64,000 nucleotides of DNA from Macrostomum lignano. Taxonomy: Eukaryota. The position numbers and the translations under genes are program-made. Location: contig NIVC01000573.1 of NCBI GenBank assembly GCA_002269645.1, positions 124,001-188,000 of the forward strand, in the 5' to 3' direction. Within the stretch, counting starts at the first letter, position 1. The number at the start of each line of letters is the position of its first letter. Below the pieces are notes generated by a model, which was not told the DNA's origin, searched no databases, and saw only the letters and a list, made by a program, of their open reading frames with translations. Positions 25,608-38,470 of this stretch are shown piece after piece.

Positions 25608-28600
25608 ATGCCAACGGCTAAAAGGAGAAAGAAACAACATGAAGAGGATATGAAACAGGCAGCCAAAAAGTCAAGGAAAATGACTAACTGGTAAGTACGT
25701 AATCTAAATGTATGAAGATATGATACTGTGTTGATATTAAGCTGTACGCTCGTATGCTGCTTGTTAATTGCTGTTTTTTAGGCTTGTTTCTCCTATTGAA
25801 GCTAACTCGAATGCTCCATCTGGCACAGCTGCTGCTACTAAAGCTGACTCGAGAGAGCTTACTGCCCCTGCCGCTGCTGCCAATGCTGACTCTACTGCCC
25901 CTGCCGCTGCTGCCAATGCTGACTCTACTGCCCCTGCCGCTGCTGCCAATGCTGACTCGAGAGAGCTTACTGCCCCTGCCGCTGCTGCCAATGCTGACTC
26001 GAGAGAGCTTACTGCCCCTGCCGCTGCTGCCAATGCTGACTCGAGAGAGCTTACTGCCCCTGCCGCTGCTGCCAATGCTGACTCTACTGCCCCTGCCGCT
26101 GCTGCCAATGCTGACTCGAGAGAGCTTACTGCCCCTGCCGCTGCTGCCAATGCTGACTCGAGAGAGCTTACTGCCCCTGCCGCTGCTGCCAATGCTGACT
26201 CGAGAGAGCTTACTGCCCCTGCCGCTGCTGCCAATGCTGACTCGAGAGAGCTTACTGCCCCTGCCGCTGCTGCCAATGCTGACTCGAGAGAGCTTACTGC
26301 CCCTGCCGCTGCTGCCAATGCTGACTCTATTGCCTCTGCCGCTGCCAATGCTGACTCTACTGCCCCTGCCGCTGCTGCCAATGCTGACTCTACTGCCCCT
26401 GCCGCTGCCAATGCTGACTCTACTGCCTCTGCCGCTGCCAATGCTGACTCTACTGCCCCTGCCGCTGCTGCCAATGCTGACTCTACTGCCCCTGCCGCTG
26501 CCAATGCTGACTCTACTGCCTCTGCCGCTGCCAATGCTGACTCTACTGCCCCTGCCGCTGCTGCAAATGCTGACTCTACTGCCTCTGCCGCTGCCAATGC
26601 TGACTCTAGAGAGCCTACTGCCCCTGCCGCTGCTGCCAATGCCGATGTTGGTGAGACTGTTGTATCTGCAACAAAAAATACCATTCTTAGCACTAGCACA
26701 TCTAATCCATGCGAAATGTTAGACTGCGGATGCTGCCAGATTGCATTGCAAAATCGGCCTGATTCCATATCTGGTTTCAAGCAAGGAGGGAGTGGGAGCA
26801 GCAATGCAGGTCGATCATGCCAACTACAATGGTTTGTGCAGTTTGACTGGCTTACATACTGCTCATCTCAAGGCACCCTTTTTTGTTTTTATTGTCGCTT
26901 TGCGGTAAACTCAGGCATGAAGCTATCAAGAAGTTGTGGAGAGAGTACATTCACCTCTCGCGGCTTTTGTGACTGGAAGAAAGCAATTGAAAAGCTAAAG
27001 AAACATAATAACAGTCATTTTCACCAAGAAGCCTACGAAAAGGTGTACACTCGACTGAAATTACAATCTACAATAGGAGCACAATTAGATGCTATTCATT
27101 CTCAACAGCTATTACAAAATCGGGAAAATCTGCAGCGGGTTTTTAGCTCGTTGCGATATCTTATGCGTCAAGGAATGGCAATAAGAAATAGTAAGGAGAT
27201 TGAAGGCAATCTTAGACAGCTGCTTATTTTAAGGTCTGAAGATGTGCCTGAACTGCAATCTTGGCTAAAGGATTCCAAGTACTTGAGTGTTGATGTGATT
27301 GGAGAGATGATGGAAATCATGGCACATCAGGTTCTCCGAAGTTTGTTACTTGACATTAGTGAGAAGTCAACGACATTCGCATTGATTGCTGATGAATCAC
27401 GTGACGTAAGCTGCAAGGAACAAATGTCAGTGTGCATTCGGTGGGTTTCAAAGCCAGATTTACAAGTGCACGAAGACTTCATTGGCATGCATGAACTATG
27501 CGGAACTGGAGCTGAAATTATTACTTCAACCTTAAAAGACATTCTAACACGTTGTAACTTGAAGCTTAGCAACCTAAGAGGTCAAGCATATGATGGTGCT
27601 GCAAGTATGAGTGGTAGACTGACAGGCACGGCAACTCGCATTAAAGAAGAACAACCACTAGCATTGAGTGTTCATTGTGCCAACCACTGTCTGCAGCTGA
27701 CCCTTCAAAGGTGCGCTCGAGAATCAAGTGTCATCAGTACCGCGTTAAGTACTGTACAAGAGACTGCTGTCTTCATCAAAGCCTCTCCAAAGCGCTTTGA
27801 CCTATTTCATACCTTGAATGAGTCGTTTTTTATTGAGGAAGAGCAGGGCTACAGTATTCACATGCTCTGCCCAACGCGATGGAGTGTTCGTTGTAAGGCA
27901 ATTTCGTCTGTATTGCACAGCTACAAGCACTTGCTTAACTGCTTGGCCGAAATCGCTGGTGAGTCATCTGGAGAGAATCGATCAAAGGCAGAAGATCTGC
28001 AAAAATCCCTTATGAAGTTCTCTGTTTATTTTGGAATTTGCGCAGCGCGAGTGATTTTTACATTATCAGAGCAGCTGGCTATTACTCTTCAAAGCACTAG
28101 TGTCACAGCAGAGTCCACTATCACCGGAGTAAACTGCCTCAAAGAGGCACTTTTGCGTGAGCGAAGCATGTTTTCAGAGCGGTTTCAGGAAGTAGTCGAG
28201 GGTGCAGAGGCAGTCGGCATTGAACAAAAGCTACCAAGAGAACGAAGGGCTCCAATACGACTCGAACATGAAGGCAGTAAAATGCATCCGTTTCAGCATC
28301 AATCTAACTCTGTAAAAGAATACTACAGGCAGCATTATTATACCGCTATTGATGCTTTAGTTCGCGAACTAGACAGTAGATTTGACCAGGAAGCATATAA
28401 TGTGCTTAAAGACATGGAGAAGCTTCTTATTCACGCGGCCAATGGAGCAGCACCTAATTCTATTCCAGCATCACTGATGGCGTACCATCCTGTGGATTGG
28501 AATGCTGACAATCTTCAAGCACAGCTATGTTTGCTGCATGGATTTGTCAAGCGTTGTTCACCTGAAGTAAAGCTCATTTCAAGGTTGACAACTCTGCATG

Positions 28601-28887
28601 ACATATTTACAAGAGAACAGATTCACCAGCCGCTCTTTCGAGATGTACTTGCAATGCTGCACGTCTACTTGGTAGTGCCAATGACATCTGCCACTGCAGA
28701 AAGGTCATTTTCAGCCCAACGACGGATCAAGAATTACTTGCGAAGTACTATGACTGCCAAAACATACAACAGCTTCATGTTACTTAATGTGCATAAGAAT
28801 CGTACTGACAATCTGAACCTCGCACAAGCTGTTCGCGAGTTTGTAAGTCGCAACAGCCGTCGGCAAACTTTTTTTGGCAGAGTGTGA
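25608..28887 (+). CDS. hAT transposase (ZMYM1/TTF-zinc-finger-like, DUF4371 and hATC dimerisation type), 2 exons, ~1062 aa
   Basis: Exon 1 25608-25690 (MPTAKRRKK..., NLS-like, GTAAGT donor), 91-nt intron, exon 2 25782-28887 (phase 2 fits). Motifs WLTY..LFCFYC, FHQEA, LIADESRD, GQAYDGAASMSG, HCANHCLQL, CPTRWS, SATAERSFS, YLRSTM. Confidence 0.95.
25830..26645 (+). repeat. Coding minisatellite (39/36/30/27-bp units) within the transposase, encoding Ala-rich (NADS[REL]TAPAAAA)n
   Basis: All unit variants are multiples of 3 and the frame stays open. Confidence 0.93.
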
Positions 28888-31090
28888 AATTTGGAGCTTC
28901 TGACTACTGACTTTTATTCAGTTTTCATAGTTTGCTACTACTACTGGCTACCTACTGCTATATATTTTTGCATTACGAGTATCTGATATGAACGTGACTT
29001 GCTTAATGGAGCAAATTGAAATTCAAATGTTCATTTCATATTCCTATAAACTTACATGTACTGTCAACATCAAATCAATGCAATACCTGCGTCCTGCAAC
29101 ACTTCAATAAACTATTGCTCTAATGATCAGTAATTTATTTGCTCCACTACATATACATGTATAGTTCTATGAGTATCTAAGTACAGTACAATTAGTTGTA
29201 AATTTTTGTTTTTTTTAAACTGCTGTCGCTGTCTGCTCATTGTGTAAACTAAAATGCACAACTAAATAGTAAATATATAGTTATTTTACGAGTTTTATTA
29301 GCTATATGTAATGGGTTGTACTTTGTTGTGAAATTAAATTACTTTTTAATGCATGAATGAACTTACATTAGTTGAAATTTTTGCCCCTCGATTTGCATTG
29401 AAGTAACTCAGATCTGCCCTTTTTTATTGAGCCCCCCCACTTTGAAAGTAGTTCCGACACCCCTGACAGTCAGTGACTCTCATTGTTTCTCAACTACATG
29501 TACAGTTGAAAATAATGTGCATTAAGAATTTAGTCATGTGAGGGGACATGACGTACATGTATAATTATGGGCTTTGTCCCCCCAGGGACAACTCAGTTTA
29601 AGTTGTCCCTGGTCCCCCCACCATAAAATCCACATGGCGACGCCCCCTGGCTGCATTATTGTACGTATCGAGACGTCAAAATGTAGCAAAATTAATTTGT
29701 TACCAAGGCCTGCTTTAGAAGAAGCAAGCAGCACTCGGATAAAGGTTAAATAGTTCTTGAAAGGCTGATAAATGATGCATGCTTATATCCGACTTTTGGG
29801 CGGTATGAAATGCTCAGCGACCAAAGACACGAATGCCCCGGCCGCTCACAACCGTCTTAAAAAGCTCCATTTGTTGTGCCACCATACAGCGCGTGTACAG
29901 CTTAATTTCTCGTTGCTTTGCGCATTCTATGCTAGTTTTTGGATTTGATGAAAATTTTGATGGCGGTGTGAACAAGCTTTTATGACGGGACACAATCGAT
30001 CGTTTCTTGAAAAGCTTGCCGAAGGCTATGACAACGATTCCCTAATACATGCATGTACTCGTTTAATTTGAGATAGCTAAAATATCGTCATAAAAAATTA
30101 GTGTAGGAATTATTTTTAATTGCTTTAAACTACAGGTCACTGATAGACTTTTAATACACAGTGCAAGTAACTCTGTCGATCTGTTTGTAAAACAGCTTTT
30201 TCCCAAGCATGCATGTACAAATGACATATGCAAAGAGTCAATTTATGGTCACGACTTTTCGACAGGCATGCAGACTCTAAAAATTCTAATTTTATAAAAG
30301 CATAGCTATACTGCCTATATTTCCGAAAATTTAGAAATCAAATATTTTTCAAACAAGTTCGAACTGATTATCAAAACTTAATCTCCGATATTGCATGCGA
30401 TTGCATGCGAGAGCTACTATACATGTACATGCAGTTTCTTTGTGACGATTTTTGATCTCTCGCTCGGAAGAAGTTGCAGCCATCTCCGCTATTCCTCTGG
30501 TTTGCGGTGATGCAAAAATAACTAGGCTACTTCATGCGATCCTGTGCAGAGTGCACACCGTGCCTCTTTATCATGTACATGTGCATGTATGTACGTACAC
30601 GGATGTAGTAGTACACTCTTGCGCGCGTATCTCTATCTCTGTATACTTTTCCTCCAAATAGCTAGATAGCTTTTGTCGTGCATTAGATTCTATTTATCTT
30701 TGATGAGACTAAAGTTCTGAACAAAAAATTCTGACTGCATGCGCAATTTTACAGTTCAACCGTCAAAAATATTTAACACAATTTATGGTTGCGTAAATTT
30801 TCTTTTTAGTGGTTACTGAAATGAGACTTTGAAAAAAACGGAGCATTTAAAAGCAACAAACAATTTTGCCATTTAGAGAAAGTTTCATTTTTGTGCTTTT
30901 CAGAAACATTTTGTGCTTTTTCTGCCGAAGCTGAATGTCACACCGTGACTTTGTGACTTGAACCTTACAATGCGAATTTAAATACGGTGGATTTTAACTG
31001 CTGCGCTACTGTGAGTAGTTAAACAAAATAGTTCACGAGAGGAATATCGTAAAAATTTGGCCAATAACCATGTGCATGCACTCCACCTGC

Positions 31091-34000
31091 TCAGGTAAGC
31101 ATGGCAATCTCCAGCTGCTTGAAGCTGTAATAAAATCCATCCGTCAGGTTCCTGGGAGCATTGCGAGCCCACACGATGCCCTTGGCTCTGTCAGCTGCAG
31201 AGACATTCACCGCAGTCGGATAGTTGAAGTATTTGCCGAACGGTCCCGAGCGGTGGCAGCAGCCGTGCCAGTGCGGCAGGTAGATTTCTGCACAGCTTAC
31301 AGCACTGCCGCAGTGACTGACCCCATGATCTCGGGTCAAGAACTGGGCACCAGGGCCTGCAAACAGGTCATCCTCAAGACCTCCACCGGACACGCTCAGA
31401 TAAGTGTAAGCAGCAACCGTGAAGTTTTTTATTTCCGAAAGGATGACAACGTTCAGGTAATATGCGTAGATGTAGGTGTCGTTCCAATACAGCAGGTCGA
31501 CGCGGAACCGGTTGCTGCTGGGCTGCTCGCCGGTACGCTTGTGCAGCCACTCCAGGCCTGGATTCAAGGCATCGAAGAGTGAGTCTGCTGCAATTTGACC
31601 GCCAACATTTTGACCGCCAACCTAGCCCTGAACCTACATGTAACTAACATTATGCTTAATCCTAATCCCCAACGCAAACCTAAACCCCAACCATATCCTA
31701 AACCCCAACCCAAACCTAATCCCCAGCCAAACCTAATCCCCAACCCAAACCTAATCTCCAACCCAAACCTAATCCCCAACCCAAACCTAATCCCAAACCC
31801 AAACCTAATCCCCAACCCAAACCTAATCCCCAACCCAAACCTAATCCCCAACCCTAGCCTAAACCCTGGAAGGTTGTAGCCTAGTGGTCAGAGCGTCGAA
31901 TTCACGACATGAAGGTCAAGGGTTCGATTCCTGATCCCCATTTGAACAATTTGTGTCCTTGCGCAAGACACTTAACTCTGCATTGCTTCAGTTCACCCAG
32001 CTGTAAAATGGGTGCCAGCATTAGCTGGGGTAATTGAGGCTGTGTGGCGACCCCCCAGTCCTTGGACTGAACAGCCGTACGCAGCCTTCAGATGCGCCGC
32101 GCAATAGCTGCGGCTGAGCTGTCGGTTGTACATCTGGCCCAATAGGGGCGGTGTAATCAATAATAATAATAATTCATTACTGACCATAACCTAAACCCCA
32201 ACCCCATAACCTAAACCCCAACCCCATAACCTAAACCCCAACCCCATAACCTAAACCCCAACCCCATAACCTAAACCCCAACCCCATAACCTAAACCCCA
32301 ACCCCATAACCTAAACTCCAACCCCATAACCTAAACCCCAACCCCATAACCTAAACCCCAACTCCATAACCTAAACTCCAACCTCCTAACCTAAACCCCA
32401 ACCCCATAACCTAAACTCCAACCCCATATCCTAAACCCCAACCCCATAACCTAAACTTCAACCCCATAACCTAAACCCCAACCCATAACCTAAACCCCAA
32501 CCCCATAACCTAAACCCCAACCCTAACCTTAACTAATGACATTTATCAGTAGAAGCTGTCAGTAGTGCATTAAAATAAAATATGAGTAGAACTCAGTTCA
32601 CCAGCAAAGTAGTTGCTATGATAAGCACCGAAGCCGGTCCTGTACTCGGCCCAGTGCCGGTCGAAGCTGAGCGCGTCCGACACGCGTAGGTTGACCGTCT
32701 CAAAGCACTGCTGAGTCCTCACTGTGTAGAATTCCTGAGTAAGAAAGTTTTATACACACGCAGTACGCATTAATTCATTCATCTACTATCATTCACTAAT
32801 CATTTTATTCAACTCTCACGTAGAGCTGAGAGCTGCTCGGTGGGCGCTCAAACCAGCGGCACAGCGGGTAGTCGGTGAGCAGTGAGCAGTTGCTGGAGTT
32901 GGAACTGAACAGAATCCCGCGACAGGCGGGCACTTCGCTGCACTTGGCAACGCAGGCAGTGAGCGATGAGGCAGCCGGCTGGTGCAGCAGCCAGGCGGCA
33001 AAGATCTTTGCGGAGTTGCTTGGGATGAGCAGCCACTTCCGGGTCATGTTTCGAGCCGCTAAATAGTCTAAAATAGTGCAAGATTTTCTCTGTTTGCCCA
33101 GAAAAGCGATAGGGGAACATGCGAATGTCCCCCCGCCCCACCTTGGGACCCGTTATGGAAATCAATCGTTTTGCTTCAGTGTGCCAAAATATAGCTCTTT
33201 CGGCATCAAAATGAGTGCCCGCGAAGCCTCTCTATTCGAGAGAGAGAAAGGGTCCTTTGAAACTTCACAACAGCGATCCGGTCCGCTCAAGATCTTTTCT
33301 CTCCTCTCCCCCTCCTCTCCCTTCTCTCCCCTCTTATATCTTCTCTTCTCTCCTTTTTCTTCTCTCTTCTCTCCCCTCTTATATCTTCTCTTCTCTCCTT
33401 TCTCTTCTCTCCTCTCTTCTCTCCCTCTTCTATTCTCTCTTTTCTCCTTTCTCCTCTCTTCTCTCCATCTTCTTTCTTCTCTCCTTTCTTTTCTTTTCTC
33501 TCCTCTCTTCTATCTTCCCTTTTCTCTTCTCGTCTCTCCTCTCTTTTCTCCTTTCTTCTTATCAGCGCCACAATGAGTGCCTGCAGAGCCAAAATGAGTG
33601 CCTGCAGCGCCACAATGAGTGCCTGCAGCGTCACAATGAGTGCCTGCAGCGTCAAAATGAGTGCCTGCAGCGTCAAAATGAGTGCCTGCAGCGTCAAAAT
33701 GAGTGCCTGTAGCGTCAAAATGAGTGCCTGCGGCGCCAAAATGAGTGCCTGCAGCGTCAAAATGAGTGCCTGCAGCGCCACAATGAGTGCCTGTGGCGTC
33801 AGAATGAGTGCTAACAACACTGATTCTCAAAATAACGTAGCAATTTAGTGGATGTCTGGCATTCTTGGCTTTGTCTGCCACCTACCATAGAATTCATGGC
33901 GACGCCCAGCTGCAGTTGGAAAAGCGTAAATATTTGGTTCAAACAGCGGTCTGCTCACCGGCCTGAAAGCTGCCCAGCCTGTCGCCGAAGACCATGGCTG

Positions 34001-34292
34001 ACTGTCCGCGGCAGGACGCATTCCAGCGGAGCAGCGCGGTCTCCGCTGTGAACAGTCGGCAGACGTCGAACTCATCAGTGCTCAGCGCTGCGCACCAGGT
34101 CTGCCTGGCGCAGGACATCGCGCACTGCTGCTTGCTACTCAGCTGCAGAGACCGCTGTGCGGAGCCCGGGTCGGCCGCGCAGCCGGAGCTCTTGGTCAGC
34201 TTGAGCAGCGGCTGCTGGCAGCTGGAGGCCGAGCACCCAGCTATCAGGACTAGCAAACTCAGGCTGATCGGTAGCTGAGAGTTAAGCTTCAT
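31091..34292 (-). CDS. Secreted fibrinogen-related protein: signal peptide + 2 PAN/apple domains + FReD, 4 exons, ~390 aa
   Basis: Exons 34292-33959, 33058-32820, 32734-32602, 31557-31091 with GT-AG and phases 1/0/1. Hydrophobic N-terminus, two CxxxC...C..C PAN-type patterns, then FReD motifs FDRHWAEYRTGFG, GLEWLH, FLTRD, CAE..HWHGCC, GIVW, YSFKQLEIAM. Confidence 0.85.
31620..31866. repeat. Degenerate telomere-like 18-bp repeat (AACCTAATCCCCAACCCA)n in intron 3 of the FReD gene
   Basis: 6-aa period NPNLIP; CCTAA core. Confidence 0.85.
31868..32173 (+). mobile_element. tRNA-derived CORE-type SINE, copy B (full length)
   Basis: A box TAGCCTAGTGG, B box GGTTCGATTCC, core GTGTCCTTGCGCAAGACACTTAAC...CTGTAAAATGGG, (TAA)n tail. 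Confidence 0.9.
32185..32535. repeat. 20-bp telomere-like minisatellite (ACCCCATAACCTAAACCCCA)n
   Basis: About 17 copies read directly. Confidence 0.92.
33105..33908. mobile_element. hAT MITE copy 2 (left-truncated) with CT-rich microsatellite and 21-bp array, in intron 1 of the FReD gene
   Basis: Homologous to the 24700-24900 segment; right end CATGGCGACGCCC; (AAAATGAGTGCCTGCAGCGTC)n at 33570-33810. Confidence 0.75.
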
Positions 34293-34354
34293 CAGTAGAT
34301 TTTCAGATCATGCAGAGACCTGTTCTGAAGTTTTCTGGCTTTCAGTAGCGAATT

Positions 34355-34364
34355 TATATAAAAG
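34355..34364 (-). promoter_or_regulatory. Candidate TATA box of the PAN-PAN-FReD gene
   Basis: TTTATATAAAT on the minus strand about 65 nt upstream of the ATG at 34292; position only, untested. Confidence 0.3.
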
Positions 34365-35546
34365 CGCTCTCCAATATCCAATATCCATTCCCAATTTCTA
34401 GGAATGGAGGGGGGTTGCTCTCGCGCTCCGGCTTTATTTCTTTGGTTTCCATGTCAACAGAAGCTTACATAGGCCCCGTGCTGTAGAACACTATTTAACT
34501 CATTAACAGCCTGCCATCACGCTCGGGTCAGTCATCGAGACGATTTCACGCGCTGATAGCTTTTCTCGCTAGGAAGGGCATCTCAATGCAAAAGCTGGGG
34601 CAAATATGTCAGAACAAATATAGGCTTGGCAAAGTATACACGGAATTTAATGCCTCCTTTTGGGCCTGGGCTACGGAGATCCCGGTTCTTTAAGTCTGGC
34701 TGTTTCCAGAATCGAAAAAAACTCATTGCAAACATTCACCTTGAGCGAGTGTTGTTTGGTCTATCTGTGTAAGCTGGCATGAATCGCAGCCATGTCAGAC
34801 ATGCACGAACACTCTGTGGAGACAGGCAGTCTACAACCTTGCGGAGACAGGCAGTCGCTTTGCACAAAAGACCCGATTATTGATCGAAATGTAAAATAAG
34901 ATCGATTTACTTGTTCTACTGACAGTAGAGCATTAAAAGGTCGAAAAAAGAAATTAAAGTGTCGAAGAAATTCGTGTTGCAGATTCCGGGCATTACGAGG
35001 GAATCAACAACTGATTGAGAGAAAAAATTCTATATAAGATTGCAGACTGGTCTTACAGTTTTCGAGCGTGATCTCTGTGATCTCTGCGAATAAAAATGAT
35101 CACGTTTTTGAGTAAATACAAAACTTTGAGCCGAATTTTCTTTCCAAACTGGATAAAGATACTCAAGAACCAATGCGACAGACAACATCTTCACAAAAAG
35201 CCATCCGGAAGGCTTTTAAATCAAAGCTTGCCAGAACCTCAGCAGGAAACACATCGCATATTTGAAGGGTAGAATCTGCAAGTGAAAATGCAATCAATAA
35301 CAAATATTAGAGCTGCGATCATGTGACAGCAGAATCTCTTACTGACGTCGGCACCTGAGATACAATTGAGAGTAAAAATATACAGAGAGATGCAGGCAGC
35401 TGCAATCAATTTAATGCAATCCAATAAATGGAAAGCGACTAACCACAGCAGTGGGATGCCAAGGTATAAAAGAAGACATGACAGCTAAATTAAATCGAAA
35501 GTTGCTCTGGTCTGCGCTGGCAATCTGCTGGAACTGCTGGAACTGA

Positions 35547-38470
35547 CACCTCAGCTCACACTGCACCTGCAGCAAAAGCCACATCTCACACCAACACCTC
35601 AGCTCACACTGCACCTGCAGCAATAGCCACATCTCACACCAACACCTCAGCTCACACTGCACCTGCAGCAAAAGCCACATCTCACACCAACACCTCAGCT
35701 CACACTGCACCTGCAGCAATAGCCACATCTCACACCAACACCTCAGCTCACACTGCACCTGCAGCAAAAGCCACATCTCACACCAACACCTCAGCTCACA
35801 CTGCACCTGCAGCAATAGCCACATCTCACACCAACACCTCAGCTCACTCTGCACCTGCAGCAAAAGCCACATCTCACACCAACACCTCAGCTCACACTGC
35901 ACCTGCAGCAATAGCCACATCTCACACCAACACCTCAGCTCACTCTGCACCTGCAGCAAAAGCCACATCTCACACCAACACCTCAGCTCACTCTGCACCT
36001 GCAGCAAAAGCCACATCTCACACCAACACCTCAGCTCACACTGCACCTGCAGCAAAAGCCACATCTCACACCAACACCTCAGCTCACTCTGCACCTGCAG
36101 CAATAGCCACATCTCACACCAACACCTCAGCTCACACTGCACCTGCAGCAAAAGCCACATCTCACACCAACACCTCAGCTCACACTGCACCTGCAGCAAT
36201 AGCCACATCTCACACCAACACCTCAGCTCACTCTGCACCTGCAGCAAAAGCCACATCTCACACCAACACCTCAGCTCACACTGCACCTGCAGCAATAGCC
36301 ACATCTCACACCAACACCTCAGCTCACTCTGCACCTGCAGCAAAAGCCACATCTCACACCAACACCACAGCTCACTCTGCACCTGCAGCAAAAGCCACAT
36401 CTCACACCAATACCTCAGCTCACTCTGCACCTGCAGTAATAGCCACATCTCACACCAACACCTCAGCTCACTCTGCACCTGCAGCAATAGCCACATCTCA
36501 CACCAACACCTCAGCTCACTCTGCACCTGCAGCAAAAGCCACATCTCACACCAACACCTCAGCTCACTCTGCACCTGCAGCAAAAGCCACATCTCACACC
36601 AACACCTCAGCTCACTCTGCACCTGCAGCAAAAGCCACATCTCACACCAACACCTCAGCTCACTCTGCACCTGCAGCAATAGCCACATCTCACACCAACA
36701 CCTCAGCTCACACTGCACCTGCAGCAATAGCCACATCTCACACCAACACCTCAGCTCACTCTGCACCTGCAGCAAAAGCCACATCTCACACCAACACCTC
36801 AGCTCACTCTGCACCTGCAGCAAAAGCCACATCTCACACCAACACCTCAGCTCACACTGCACCTGCAGCAATAGCCACATCTCACACCAACACCTCAGCT
36901 CACTCTGCACCTGCAGCAATAGCCACATCTCACACCAACACCTCAGCTCACACTGCACCTGCAGCAATAGCCACATCTCACACCAACACCGCAGCTCACA
37001 CTGCACCTGCAGCAAAAGCCACATCTCACACCAACACCTCAGCTCACACTGCACCTGCAGCAATAGCCACATCTCACACCAACACCTCAGCTCACTCTGC
37101 ACCTGCAGCAAAAGCCACATCTCACACCAACACCTCAGCTCACTCTGCACCTGCAGCAAAAGCCACATCTCACACCAACACCTCAGCTCACTCTGCACCT
37201 GCAGTAATAGCCACATCTCACACCAACACCTCAGCTCACTCTGCACCTGCAGCAATAGCCACATCTCACACCAACACCTCAGCTCACTCTGCACCTGCAG
37301 CAAAAGCCACATCTCACACCAACACCTCAGCTCACTCTGCACCTGCAGCAAAAGCCACATCTCACACCAACACCTCAGCTCACTCTGCACCTGCAGCAAA
37401 AGCCACATCTCACACCAACACCTCAGCTCACTCTGCACCTGCAGCAATAGCCACATCTCACACCAACACCTCAGCTCACACTGCACCTGCAGCAATAGCC
37501 ACATCTCACACCAACACCTCAGCTCACTCTGCACCTGCAGCAAAAGCCACATCTCACACCAACACCTCAGCTCACTCTGCACCTGCAGCAAAAGCCACAT
37601 CTCACACCAACACCTCAGCTCACACTGCACCTGCAGCAATAGCCACATCTCACACCAACACCTCAGCTCACTCTGCACCTGCAGCAAAAGCCACATCTCA
37701 CACCAACACCTCAGCTCACACTGCACCTGCAGCAATAGCCACATCTCACACCAACACCTCAGCTCACTCTGCACCTGCAGCAAAAGCCACATCTCACACC
37801 AACACCTCAGCTCACACTGCACCTGCAGCAATAGCCACATCTCACACCAACACCTCAGCTCACTCTGCACCTGCAGCAAAAGCCACATCTCACACCAACA
37901 CCTCAGCTCACTCTGCACCTGCAGCAATAGCCACATCTCACACCAACACCTCAGCTCACTCTGCACCTGCAGTAATAGCCACATCTCACACCAACACCTC
38001 AGCTCACTCTGCACCTGCAGCAAAAGCCACATCTCACACCAACACCTCAGCTCACTCTGCACCTGCAGCAAAAGCCACATCTCACACCAACACCTCAGCT
38101 CACTCTGCACCTGCAGCAATAGCCACATCTCACACCAACACCTCAGCTCACTCTGCACCTGCAGCAATAGCCACATCTCACACCAACACCTCAGCTCACA
38201 CTGCACCTGCAGCAATAGCCACATCTCACACCAACACCGCAGCTCACACTGCACCTGCAGCAAAAGCCACATCTCACACCAACCCAGCTCACTCTGCACC
38301 TGCAGCAAAAGCCACATCTCACACCAACACCTCAGCTCACTCTGCACCTGCAGCAATAGCCACATCTCACACCAACCCAGCTCACTCTGCACCTGCAGCA
38401 ATAGCCACATCTCACACCAACACCTCAGCTCACTCTGCACCTGCAGCAATAGCCACATCTCACACCAACC
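35547..38470. repeat. 48-bp minisatellite, about 61 copies
   Basis: AACACCTCAGCTCAC(A/T)CTGCACCTGCAGCAA(A/T)AGCCACATCTCACACC; the only indels seen are two 3-bp deletions. Confidence 0.97.

Larger units (their letters stand above)
24948..29465 (+). mobile_element. Apparently intact autonomous hAT DNA transposon (4518 bp)
   Basis: Perfect 15-bp TIR CAGGGGTGTCGGAAC; perfect 8-bp TSD ACAGTCAG at 24940-24947 and 29466-29473; uninterrupted transposase inside. Confidence 0.96.
24644..29649. mobile_element. hAT-type MITE (~490 bp: 24644-24947 plus 29466-29649) split by an inserted autonomous hAT
   Basis: TIR CAGGGGGCGCCGCCA ... TGGCGACGCCCCCTG; 8-bp TSD GCTGCATC/GCTGCATT (7/8); internal AAAATGAGTGCCTGCGGCGC repeats shared with copies at 33105 and 39877. 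Confidence 0.85.

Noticed and set aside
25830-26645. Type I antifreeze-like Ala/Thr repeat protein
   Set aside because: Periodicity is 9, 10, 12 or 13 rather than 11 residues, and the repeat is embedded in a transposase.
31868-31945. tRNA gene (also 17540-17610)
   Set aside because: Anticodon and acceptor stems pair poorly and the head continues into a shared SINE body.
33076-33881. Phe/Leu/Ser-rich membrane-like ORFs (also 39531-40963, 57643-58344)
   Set aside because: Translations of CT or TCTA microsatellites and MITE 21-bp arrays.
35411-38458. 1015-aa minus-strand Trp/Cys/Leu repeat ORF
   Set aside because: Antisense reading of the 48-bp array with implausible composition; neighbouring domains are on the plus strand.
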